DNA from: an uncultured Gammaproteobacteria bacterium
Lineage (GTDB): Bacteria; Patescibacteriota; Patescibacteriia; UBA2591; UBA6264
Length of the DNA: 46,069 nucleotides
Assembly (NCBI GenBank): GCA_964531505.1
Contig: CAZHDT010000002.1
Span: 1 to 46,069, forward strand
Reading direction: 5' to 3'
Shown: positions 27,304 to 36,139 of the stretch, piece by piece
Layout: each line of letters opens with the position of its first letter
Position numbering within the stretch: the stretch's first letter is position 1
The notes under the pieces: model-generated
What the model was told of the DNA's origin: nothing
The model's database searches: none
What the model saw: the letters and a program-made list of their open reading frames with translations, nothing else
Translations under genes and position numbers: made by a program

Positions 27304-28764
27304 ATGAATGAAAAAAAATTTTTTGCTAAAAAAAATTTAACTAAAAAAACGGAAAATATTTCTCAATGGTATAATGAAATTGTTTATTTAGCGGAATTTG
27401 CTGGTAAAACAGAAGTTAAAGGATGTATGGTTATTAGAGAAAATGGCTACGCCCTTTGGGAAAAAGTCCAGAAAATTCTTGATCAAAAATTTAAACAGGA
27501 TGGAGTTAAGAATTATTATTTTCCTTTATTAATTCCTTATCATCTTCTGGAAAAAGAAAAAGAACATTTAAAGGGATTTTCTCCTGAATTGGCAGTAGTT
27601 ACCCATGCTGGCGGAGAGAAACTTTCCGAGTCTTATGTTTTAAGGCCAACTTCAGAAACAATTATGTATAAAACATTTGTTGATTGGATTCATAGTTATC
27701 GAGATTTGCCATTAAAAATAAATCAATGGTGTAATGTAATCCGTTGGGAAAAAAGAACTTATCCTTTTCTTCGCACGACCGAATTTTTATGGCAAGAAGG
27801 TCATACGGTCCACGAAACCGAAAATGAGGCGGTAGAAATGGCCTTAAAGGCTTTAAAGTGGTATCAAGATTTTTATCAGGATTATTTTGCCATTTCTCCT
27901 TATCTTGGAATTAAAAGTGAACAGGAAAAATTTGCTGGAGCAAAAACTACTTATTCTGTGGAATTGGTTATTCCCAATGGTAAATCGCTTCAAGCCGCGA
28001 CTTCTCATAATTTGAGTGATAATTTTTCTAAGGTTTTTGAAATTACTTTTTTAAACAACCAAAAAGAAAAATGTTATCCCTACCAAACTTCTTGGGGGTT
28101 ATCGACTCGATCAATCGGCGGTTTGATTTTAATTCATGGCGATGATTCAGGATTAATTGTGCCACCCAAAGTAGCTGATCCGCAAATTATTATTTTAATC
28201 GCGCCAATAAAAGAAGAAAATAAAAAGGAATTAATTTTAAAATATGCGAATAAAATAAAAGAAGATTTAATTCAAAATGGTTTTAGAGTTGTTTTAGATA
28301 TAGATTTAAAATCTTCATTGGGTTATCGAATCAATGAATGGGAAATTAAGGGGGTACCATTAAGAATCGAGATTGGAGAGAGGGAATTTGAAGAAAACAA
28401 AGTTAAATTCGCGCGACGCGATAATTTTGAAAAAGGCTTTTTTAAAACGGAAGATTTGATTTCAGCTACTGATGATTTATTAAATAAAGTCCAGAATAAT
28501 TTATTGGAAAAATCAATTAAAATAAAAAATGATTTAACCATAGAAGTGAATGATTATCAAGAATTTAAAAAACAAAGCCGGGAAAAGAAATTTATTCGCG
28601 CTTTCTGGTGTGAGAATAAAGAATGTGAAGAAAAAATAAAAAATGAGACTAAATTAAGCACCCGAGTATTAGAAATTGAGAGATTGGAAGAAAAATGTCA
28701 AGGAAAATGTGTTTGTTGTGGTAAACCAGCTTTCCGGAAATGGCTTTTTGCTCAAAGTTATTAA
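27304..28764 (+). CDS. proS: Proline--tRNA ligase, archaeal/eukaryote-like type
   Basis: ISQWYNEIV...GCMVIRENGYALWE, LRPTSET, RWEKRTYPFLRTTEFLWQEGHT. C-terminal Cys-rich domain ending ...FAQSY (terminal Tyr). Confidence 0.92.
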   Translation: MNEKKFFAKKNLTKKTENISQWYNEIVYLAEFAGKTEVKGCMVIRENGYALWEKVQKILDQKFKQDGVKNYYFPLLIPYHLLEKEKEHLKGFSPELAVVTHAGGEKLSESYVLRPTSETIMYKTFVDWIHSYRDLPLKINQWCNVIRWEKRTYPFLRTTEFLWQEGHTVHETENEAVEMALKALKWYQDFYQDYFAISPYLGIKSEQEKFAGAKTTYSVELVIPNGKSLQAATSHNLSDNFSKVFEITFLNNQKEKCYPYQTSWGLSTRSIGGLILIHGDDSGLIVPPKVADPQIIILIAPIKEENKKELILKYANKIKEDLIQNGFRVVLDIDLKSSLGYRINEWEIKGVPLRIEIGEREFEENKVKFARRDNFEKGFFKTEDLISATDDLLNKVQNNLLEKSIKIKNDLTIEVNDYQEFKKQSREKKFIRAFWCENKECEEKIKNETKLSTRVLEIERLEEKCQGKCVCCGKPAFRKWLFAQSY

Positions 28765-28904
28765 AACGTATTTTATTTGTAAATAATAAATAATAAATCT
28801 TAAATTTCAAACAAAACTCAATAACTAAAATTAAAGATTTTAAAATCTTGAATTTATTTATTGTTTGGTTCTTGTATTTTGGGATTTAGAAAGAGGTAAA
28901 TATT

Positions 28905-29942
28905 ATGTTCAAAAACTTTTTTGGTTTATTTTCGAAAGATATTGGATTGGATCTGGGAACAACTAATGTAAGGGTTTATGTAAGGGGAAAGGGATTAGTA
29001 ATTGATGAACCATCAGTTGTGGCAATCAATATGAGAAATGAACAAATTATTGCTATTGGTACGAATGCTTTGAAAATGATCGGTAAATCCCCTAGTCATA
29101 TTTCTGTAATTAGACCACTTGTCCATGGAATAATTTCTGATTTTGAGGTAACGGAAAAGATGTTGAAGTCAATTTTTGATAAAGTTCATCGTGATACTTT
29201 TACTCTAATTCCCAGACCAAGAGTGGTTGCTTCTATTCCTCTTGAGCTTACAGAAGTAGAAAAAAAATCTTTAGAAGATGCTGTTTTACAGGCAGGAGCG
29301 AGAGAGGTTTTTTTAGTAGAAAGACCGATGGCGGCGGCAATTGGCGTTCGACTTCCCATTCAAGATTCAATTGGTAATTTAATTGTGGAATTAGGAGGTG
29401 GACTTTCCGAAGTGGCAGTAATTTCTTTAAATGGGATTGTTTCTAAAAAATCAATGAAAATTGGTGGAGAGACATTAAATAAAAATATTATCAATTATGC
29501 TCGAGAAAAATTTGGTATTCTTTTGGGGGAACAAACTAGCGAGGAGATTAAATTAAAAATTGGTTCGGCTTTTAACAGTAAAAATCAGGAAATAAAAGCA
29601 AAGGGAAGAGATTTAGCCAAAGGATTGCCGAAGGAGATTAGCATTAATGAAGAACAGATTAGGGAGTCAATTATGCCGCTTCTTAAAACGATTATAGATG
29701 GAATCCACGAAACTATTGAAGCTACCCCCCCTGAATTAGTGGCGGATATTTACGAACGAGGAATTATTTTATCTGGTGGAGGAGCCCAATTAAGAGGATT
29801 TGATAAATTACTTCAAAAAAGAATTAATATTCCTATTATTGTTACTGATGACTCCGCTACGGCGGTTATCAGGGGAACCGGTTTAATTTTAGAAGATTTC
29901 AATAATTTAAAGCAAGTTTTTATTCCTTCTGCTAGAGATTAA
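28905..29942 (+). CDS. mreB: MreB/Mbl-family actin homologue (copy 2)
   Basis: IGLDLGTTNVRVYVRGKGLVIDEPSVVAI...ELGGGLSE...ILSGGGAQLRGFDKLL. An AGAGG Shine-Dalgarno-like sequence lies 8 nt upstream. Confidence 0.9.
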   Translation: MFKNFFGLFSKDIGLDLGTTNVRVYVRGKGLVIDEPSVVAINMRNEQIIAIGTNALKMIGKSPSHISVIRPLVHGIISDFEVTEKMLKSIFDKVHRDTFTLIPRPRVVASIPLELTEVEKKSLEDAVLQAGAREVFLVERPMAAAIGVRLPIQDSIGNLIVELGGGLSEVAVISLNGIVSKKSMKIGGETLNKNIINYAREKFGILLGEQTSEEIKLKIGSAFNSKNQEIKAKGRDLAKGLPKEISINEEQIRESIMPLLKTIIDGIHETIEATPPELVADIYERGIILSGGGAQLRGFDKLLQKRINIPIIVTDDSATAVIRGTGLILEDFNNLKQVFIPSARD

Positions 29943-29956
29943 AAGAAGTTATATTT

Positions 29957-29993
29957 AAAAAAGACTTTGTTATTATATTGCAAAGTCTTTTTT
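29957..29993. terminator. Bidirectional rho-independent terminator between mreB copy 2 and smc
   Basis: AAAAAAGACTTTG-(loop)-CAAAGTCTTTTTT. Confidence 0.75.
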
Positions 29994-30011
29994 AAATGAT
30001 GTAAATAAGAT

Positions 30012-32204
30012 TTATTTTGCTAATTTTAAAGAAACTAATTTTGAAATTCCTTCTCCTCCCATAGTAATACCATATAAAATATCAGCTGTTTCCACTGTTT
30101 CTTGATTGTGAGTTATAACGATAAATTGCGAATTTTTTCTTAATTCTGAAAGAATTTTGGCAAACCGATAAGAATTTTCTTGATCTAAAGCGGCATCTAC
30201 TTCATCTAAAACAACAAATGGAGGTCGGTTGATGGATATAATGGCGCAAATAAGGGCTAAGGAAGTTAAAGCTTTTTCTCCGCCAGAGAGCATTTCAATG
30301 TTTTTTATTTTTTTACCCGGTGGCGTGGCTAAAATTTCTATTTCTTCAGAAAAAACATCTTCAATTTCTTGTTTTTCTTGAAGAGATACTTTAGCATTCC
30401 CTCCCCCAAAAATAATTTTAAAATAACGGTCAAACTCTTGATTTATTTGATAAAAATTATTTTTAAATTGATTTTTTACTTTATCTTCTAATTCTTTTAT
30501 TATTTTATTAAGTGATTTTAGTCCCAAAATTAAGTCATTGCTTTGAGAATTTAAAAATTCGTGTCTTTGATGAACAATTGGATATTCTTTAATAATCTCC
30601 GGATCAATACCGCCGATTAATTCAAGTTGATATTTTAATTTTCTAATTATTTCAACATCCTGATCATATTCAATTTTATTTTCAAATTCATAGTTTGATA
30701 GATTTAGTATTTCATCACTTTTTGATTTTAACTCCTCTTTTATCTCCTTTTCTAAAATTTCTTTTTTTGTTTCTACTCTTGCCAAATTAATTCGAATTTC
30801 ATTTATTTGATAATTAATTTCATTGAAATTTGATTGTTCTCTTTGGATTTCTTTTTGCGCGTCAAGCATTTTTTCCCTTTTTTTCTGTTCTTGGTTATTT
30901 GATTGATTTATTTCTTCATTTATTTGATTTAATTTAAAGTCAGATTCTTTAATTTTCTCTTCTAATTCTTTTTTTGATTTTTCCAATTTTTTAATCAATT
31001 CAAGTGAAAAAACGTTTGTTTCTACTTTCTCTTGAATGATATGAAAATTATTTAGACAATTTTTTATCCTTTTTAGAATGTTTTCAGCAATTTGTTTAAT
31101 TTTTTCTAAATTTTGTAAACGAGAAAAATCATTAATTTGTTTTAATAAAATTTCTTGTTCTTGAGAAATTGTTTTTAATTCTAAAAAAATTTTTTCTGGA
31201 TTTTCAACATTTATTTCAGGTTTTTCTTTTTCTTTTTGTTCTTTTTCTTTTTCTAAGATTATCTTGCTTTCTAAAACCGATTTTTCCGTAAAATAACGGT
31301 TTTTTTGTAATAAAATTTGTTGTAAATCATTTTGAAATTTTTGATATTGATTGTCAATTTTTTCATAAGCGATTGTTTCCGATTCTTTCTGGTTTTTTTC
31401 AAGCTTTTCTTTAATTATTTTTTTCTTTTCTTCTTCTTTAATTATTTTTTTTTGATAATGAGAAAATTGTTCTTTTAAATCTTGCCAAGATTGAGAATAA
31501 TATCTTTTTTGTTTTTGATAAAGTTCATTTTCTATCTCTTGCCTTTTTTCCAATTTATTAATTTGCTTAGTTAGCGAACTAAGTCGAGGAGTTATTTCTG
31601 ATAAGGCAATTTTGATTTGATTAAGATTTTCTTCGCTTTTATCAATTTTTCTAATTGCTTCTTCTTTTTTTATTTGATATTGGCGAATTCCGGTTGCTTC
31701 ATCAAAAAATTTTTTTCTTTCTAAAGGGGAGGATTGGAGAATTTGATCCACTAATCCTTGACTCACAATACTATAGCTTTTTTGTCCAAAGTTGCACTTA
31801 GCTAAAAGAATTAAAATATCTTGAAGACGGACCTTACTTTTATTAATTAAATAGTCGCTTTCCCCATTTCTAAATATTCGGCGAGTGATAATAAATTCTT
31901 TATAATCAATTGCGGCCGAGCAGTCTTCGTTATTAAAAAGTAAGCTTACTTCGGCTAAATTTAAACGGGTTTTTTGAAATGATCCTGAGAAAATAATATC
32001 TTGCGCCTTTTTCCCACGAAGAGATTTAACGCTTTGTTCACCCAATGCCCAACGAATTGCTTCTACTAAATTTGATTTTCCAGAGCCATTTGGTCCAACA
32101 ATTGAAGTAATGCTAAAATCTCCCTTTTCCGGTTTTGGAAATTCTAAAATCGTCCGAGAAGCAAATGATTTAAAGCCGATTATTTCTAGTCTTTTTAAAT
32201 ACAT
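30012..32204 (-). CDS. smc: SMC-type chromosome condensation ATPase, unusually short (730 aa)
   Basis: N-terminal head LEIIGFKSF...IVGPNGSGKSN. C-terminal head LSGGEKALTSLALICAI...VLDEVDAALD...ITHN. The rnc-smc synteny is conserved. The middle 425 aa is K/E-rich coiled coil only. Confidence 0.85.
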   Translation of the reverse strand: MYLKRLEIIGFKSFASRTILEFPKPEKGDFSITSIVGPNGSGKSNLVEAIRWALGEQSVKSLRGKKAQDIIFSGSFQKTRLNLAEVSLLFNNEDCSAAIDYKEFIITRRIFRNGESDYLINKSKVRLQDILILLAKCNFGQKSYSIVSQGLVDQILQSSPLERKKFFDEATGIRQYQIKKEEAIRKIDKSEENLNQIKIALSEITPRLSSLTKQINKLEKRQEIENELYQKQKRYYSQSWQDLKEQFSHYQKKIIKEEEKKKIIKEKLEKNQKESETIAYEKIDNQYQKFQNDLQQILLQKNRYFTEKSVLESKIILEKEKEQKEKEKPEINVENPEKIFLELKTISQEQEILLKQINDFSRLQNLEKIKQIAENILKRIKNCLNNFHIIQEKVETNVFSLELIKKLEKSKKELEEKIKESDFKLNQINEEINQSNNQEQKKREKMLDAQKEIQREQSNFNEINYQINEIRINLARVETKKEILEKEIKEELKSKSDEILNLSNYEFENKIEYDQDVEIIRKLKYQLELIGGIDPEIIKEYPIVHQRHEFLNSQSNDLILGLKSLNKIIKELEDKVKNQFKNNFYQINQEFDRYFKIIFGGGNAKVSLQEKQEIEDVFSEEIEILATPPGKKIKNIEMLSGGEKALTSLALICAIISINRPPFVVLDEVDAALDQENSYRFAKILSELRKNSQFIVITHNQETVETADILYGITMGGEGISKLVSLKLAK

Positions 32205-32247
32205 ATTAAATAAAAAAAAGGGTCTTGTAATATTAAAATCCTGATAA

Positions 32248-32940
32248 TTAAAAAGATTTTTTATTTAGCGCTTTTTCTGCCGCTTGAATTTCCGCATCAT
32301 GTTTACTTTTTCCCCTTCCCTGAGTAATTAATTTTTTATTTAAAAAAAGCCCGACCACAAAAATTTTAGCATGATCGGGTCCAGATTCTTTAATAATATC
32401 ATAATGGGGAGTAATTTTGAATTTATCTTGGACAAATTCTTGAAATCCGCTTTTCGGATCTTTATAAGTTTTATTTTTTAAAATATTTTTTAATTCAGGT
32501 ATTAAATTTTTTTTGATAAATTCTTCCGCTTTTTTAAATCCTTGGTCAAAATAAATTGCTCCAATTAAAGCTTCAAAAGTGTTAGCTAAAATAGCTTCCC
32601 GCGCTCGGCCAAGAGACTTTATTTCCCCTTTGCTAAGAAAAAGATAGTCGTCTATTTTTATTTTTTTAGCAATTTTAGCTAAGGTTTTTGTATTAACTAA
32701 ACTGGAACGAAAAGAGGTTAAGTCTCCCTCTGGATTTTCAAAATTATAATATAAAAATTTAGTGATAATTAATTCTATCACGGCGTCACCTAGAAATTCC
32801 AGCCGTTCATTGTGGTTTAAATTGAACTCGGGGTGTTCATTAAGATAAGAGCGATGAACCAAAGATTGTTTAAAAATATCTTTATCTTTGAATTTTAGGC
32901 CAAGATTTTTTTCAAATAATGGTAACTTATTTTTTTTCAT
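32248..32940 (-). CDS. rnc: Ribonuclease III
   Basis: NERLEFLGDAV signature plus a C-terminal dsRBD. The start overlaps the nusB stop (ATGA). Confidence 0.93.
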   Translation of the reverse strand: MKKNKLPLFEKNLGLKFKDKDIFKQSLVHRSYLNEHPEFNLNHNERLEFLGDAVIELIITKFLYYNFENPEGDLTSFRSSLVNTKTLAKIAKKIKIDDYLFLSKGEIKSLGRAREAILANTFEALIGAIYFDQGFKKAEEFIKKNLIPELKNILKNKTYKDPKSGFQEFVQDKFKITPHYDIIKESGPDHAKIFVVGLFLNKKLITQGRGKSKHDAEIQAAEKALNKKSF

Positions 32941-33380
32941 TTTTCAGTTTCTTTTTTTAGATCTTCGTAAATAGCTCCTAAGACCCCATTAACAAAGCGG
33001 CCGGAAGTTTGTCCCCCAAAAGATTTAGCAATTTCAATTGCTTCATTAATTGCCACTTTTGGTGGAGTTTTTTTTAAAAAGACTAATTCTAGAATTCCCA
33101 AGCGAATAATATTTCTATCAATTAAGGTAATTTGTTCTAAAGGCCACTGAGGAGCGTATTTTTTTATATAATCATTTATCTCGGATAGATTTTTTTCCAC
33201 TCCATTGGCAAGTTCTTGGGTAAATTCCCGACCCTCGAAATCATTTGGAGTTAATTTTGAAAGATAGCGAATAATAACTTCTTTTAAGTTAGAGCTCTTT
33301 TTAGCGGGAATAGATTTATTAAAATCCCATTCAGTAAGAGATTGTAAAGCAATGGTTCGTGATAAATGTCTTTGAGACAT
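32937..33380 (-). CDS. nusB: Transcription antitermination factor NusB
   Basis: 147 aa. RTIALQSLTEWDF..., ...INEAIEIAKSFGGQTSGRFVNGVLG is typical of NusB. Confidence 0.85.
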   Translation of the reverse strand: MSQRHLSRTIALQSLTEWDFNKSIPAKKSSNLKEVIIRYLSKLTPNDFEGREFTQELANGVEKNLSEINDYIKKYAPQWPLEQITLIDRNIIRLGILELVFLKKTPPKVAINEAIEIAKSFGGQTSGRFVNGVLGAIYEDLKKETEK

Positions 33381-33429
33381 AAAAAATAATTAAAAAAAAC
33401 GGATTAGACCTATATTTTTTAATTTTATT

Positions 33430-33657
33430 TTAAACAGTTTCTTGTTTTTTGCCATCTTTTGCTTTTTCTTGTTTTTTAGCTCCTTTTGTTTTAATAACTT
33501 CTCTTCCCTTATAAGTTCCGCAAAATGAACAAACGTGATGAGAGCGGATTGGTTTTTTACATTGAGGGCAAATAGATAAAAAAATATTTTTTAAACGATT
33601 TTTATATTGTCTTTTCCTAGTTTTACTTTTTGGAGTTTTTTGTTTTGGTACAGACAT
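33430..33657 (-). CDS. rpmF: 50S ribosomal protein L32
   Basis: MSVPKQKTPKSKTRKRQ... with zinc ribbon CPQCKK...CSFCG. Confidence 0.88.
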   Translation of the reverse strand: MSVPKQKTPKSKTRKRQYKNRLKNIFLSICPQCKKPIRSHHVCSFCGTYKGREVIKTKGAKKQEKAKDGKKQETV

Positions 33658-33894
33658 ATTAATGAATTTTTATTATAATTATATTTATGCTATAATTATA
33701 GCAAATATTTGTTAAAAGGCAAGATTATATTTAAAAATAGAATAAAAGATTATTAACATTTTTTCCCCACGTTATTAACTAAAATAATTTTGTTTTTTCC
33801 GAAAAGATTGGTATGATGTATTCAAGATTAATTGATTATATTAAAACTGTAAATCTTAATTTAATAAAAGTTAATAATATTTTTTGATAAATTT

Positions 33895-35265
33895 ATGACT
33901 GAAATGGATAAAAAAGAACTTTGGAATGTTGTTTTATCAGAGTTAGAGCTTTCTATTTCAAAAGCCAATTTTAGAACTTGGTTTCAAAATACCTCTATTA
34001 TTGATCTTCAGGATGATGATGAAACGGTCCTTGTGGGAGTCCCAAATAACTTTTCTAAAAGTTGGTTGGAGAAAAAATATCATCGTTCTATTCTTGAAGC
34101 CCTGCAAAGGGCCAGTGATAATAAAGTAAAAAAGATTTTTTATAAAGTTGACTCATCTCCGGTTCAGACAAAATCACTTCAACCTATAAAAATTAATTTG
34201 GATAATCTATTAATAAAAGAAAAACCAGTTTCAACAAATTGCCAAGGTTTAAATAATAATTATACCTTTGAAAATTTTGTCGTTGGGAAAGGATCGGAAT
34301 TGGCTCATGCCGCTTGTCAAGCGGTTGTTAAACAACCTGGAGAAAAATATAATCCTTTGTTTATTTATGGCGGAGTGGGTTTAGGTAAAACTCATTTATT
34401 GCAGGCAGTGGGTCATGCAGTTTTAAAGAAAAAACCAAAAGCCAAGGTCCTTTGTACTAATGCAGAAAAATTTACTAATGAATTCATTAGGGCAATTGGC
34501 GACGGAACAATTGATAAGTTTAAAAAATTTTATCGAGGAGTGGATTTACTTTTAATCGATGATATTCAGTTTATGGCCGGAAAAGAACGGACCCAAGAGG
34601 AATTTTTTCATACTTTTAATAGTCTTTATCAAGAAGAAAGACAAATTATTATTACATCTGATCGAACCCCCAAAGATATTCCAGCTTTAGAAGATCGGTT
34701 GATTTCTCGCTTGGAGTGGGGGTTAATTGTTGATATTAATCCTCCTGATTTAGAAACCAGAATGGCGATATTAAAAGCTAAATGTGAAAAAAGGAAAGTG
34801 GTTTTTAATCAAGAAGTTATTCGATATTTGGCCACTCATATTCAAAGAAATATTAGAGAATTAGAAGGAGCGCTTAATAAATTAATCGCTTATCAGGAAC
34901 TTCATCAAGTTGATTTAAATATTGATTTGGTTAAAACCATTTTAGTTAGTTTAGAATCAAGTGAAAAAAAGAGTTTGGTTCAGCCAAAAGAATTAATTGA
35001 AATTGTAGCTAATTTTTATGGCGTACCTGTTAGAGATATGATAAGCGCTTCAAGAAAAAGAGAATTAGTGGTACCCAGGCAAGTAATGATGTATTTAATG
35101 AGAGAAGAAATTAATGCGTCGTTTCCTTTAATTGGTAAAGAATCAGGGGGGAGAGACCACACTACGGCGATGCATGCTTATGAAAAAATTAAAAATGAGT
35201 TGGAAAAAAATAGTAGAATTAAACAAGAAATTGATTTAATTAGGCAAAGATTGTATAACAAATAA
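33895..35265 (+). CDS. dnaA: Chromosomal replication initiator DnaA
   Basis: LWNVVLSELELSISKANFRTWF, Walker A GGVGLGKTHLLQA, LLIDDIQF, and C-terminal DNA-binding GGRDHTTAMHA. Confidence 0.96.
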   Translation: MTEMDKKELWNVVLSELELSISKANFRTWFQNTSIIDLQDDDETVLVGVPNNFSKSWLEKKYHRSILEALQRASDNKVKKIFYKVDSSPVQTKSLQPIKINLDNLLIKEKPVSTNCQGLNNNYTFENFVVGKGSELAHAACQAVVKQPGEKYNPLFIYGGVGLGKTHLLQAVGHAVLKKKPKAKVLCTNAEKFTNEFIRAIGDGTIDKFKKFYRGVDLLLIDDIQFMAGKERTQEEFFHTFNSLYQEERQIIITSDRTPKDIPALEDRLISRLEWGLIVDINPPDLETRMAILKAKCEKRKVVFNQEVIRYLATHIQRNIRELEGALNKLIAYQELHQVDLNIDLVKTILVSLESSEKKSLVQPKELIEIVANFYGVPVRDMISASRKRELVVPRQVMMYLMREEINASFPLIGKESGGRDHTTAMHAYEKIKNELEKNSRIKQEIDLIRQRLYNK

Positions 35266-35269
35266 TAAA

Positions 35270-36136
35270 ATGGATATTATTAAAAATTCGGGTAAAAGGG
35301 TTAAGTTTAATCCAATTAAAGTGAAACAGACCTGTTTAAGGGCTGGTGCCAGCCAAATTTTATCTGATGAAATTGTGGAAGAAGTAAGTCGTCGAGTCTA
35401 TTCTGGAATGAAAACCTATGACATACTAAAACTGATTATTAATCTTTTAAATAGAAAGAATCCGGCAGTCGCTGCTCGATATAGTTTAAAAAAGGCGATG
35501 ATGGATTTGGGTCCGGCTGGTTTTATTTTTGAAGAATTTATTAAACGTTTATTAAAATCTTATCATTGCCAGGCTTATTTCCCCCCCTTAATTCAAGGAG
35601 AGTGTGTTAAACACGAGGTGGATATTATTGCCAAATTACCAAAAGAAGACAATCGGTTAACCAGAATACCTCTTAGTCAAGGGAAACTATATATGATAGA
35701 ATGCAAATATCATAACACCCCTGGTTTGAGAAGTAATTTAAAAGAGACGCTTTACGTTTGGGCAAGATTTCTTGATTTAAAGGAAGTTTATAAATTTAAT
35801 TACCAAGAAAAAATAAATTATCCTTGGCTTATTTCAAATACTAAATTTTCAATTGAAGCAATTAAATATGCTAATTGTAAAAATATGAGACTTTTAGGAT
35901 GGAAATATCCTCGGGAAGCGAGTTTGGAAAATTTAATTGAAGGTCAAAAATTTTATCCAATAACGATTTTAAAATCTTTGGACCAAAATACGAAGGGGAT
36001 ATTTTTTTCAAAAAATATAATATTAGTTCGTGATTTAATTTCCAATTCGGTTAAAACTTTAGAAAAAAGGCTCGGATTGACGGGAGGTAAACTTGAAAAA
36101 TTAATTAGCGAAGCAAAATTGATTATTAATAGTTAA
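35270..36136 (+). CDS. ATP-cone domain fused to a PD-(D/E)xK (Mrr-like) nuclease domain, uncharacterised
   Basis: N-terminal ATP-cone-like IIKNSGKRVKFNPIKVKQTCLRAG...VAARYSLKK. Central GFIFEEFIKRLL...HEVDIIA...YMIECKYH (D...ExK). C-terminal LGLTGGKLEKLI is HhH-like. There is a 4-nt gap after dnaA and a 3-nt gap before pilB. Confidence 0.65.
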   Translation: MDIIKNSGKRVKFNPIKVKQTCLRAGASQILSDEIVEEVSRRVYSGMKTYDILKLIINLLNRKNPAVAARYSLKKAMMDLGPAGFIFEEFIKRLLKSYHCQAYFPPLIQGECVKHEVDIIAKLPKEDNRLTRIPLSQGKLYMIECKYHNTPGLRSNLKETLYVWARFLDLKEVYKFNYQEKINYPWLISNTKFSIEAIKYANCKNMRLLGWKYPREASLENLIEGQKFYPITILKSLDQNTKGIFFSKNIILVRDLISNSVKTLEKRLGLTGGKLEKLISEAKLIINS

Positions 36137-36139
36137 AAT

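Noticed and set aside
9989-28541. Other short antisense ORFs in the track (9989..10294, 13116..13325, 13948..14281, 15165..15350, 20786..21101, 25948..26211, 28323..28541)
   Set aside because: Each is fully embedded in a longer ORF with recognisable family motifs or coherent membrane topology. The translations are low-complexity (F/L/K/N-rich) shadow frames.
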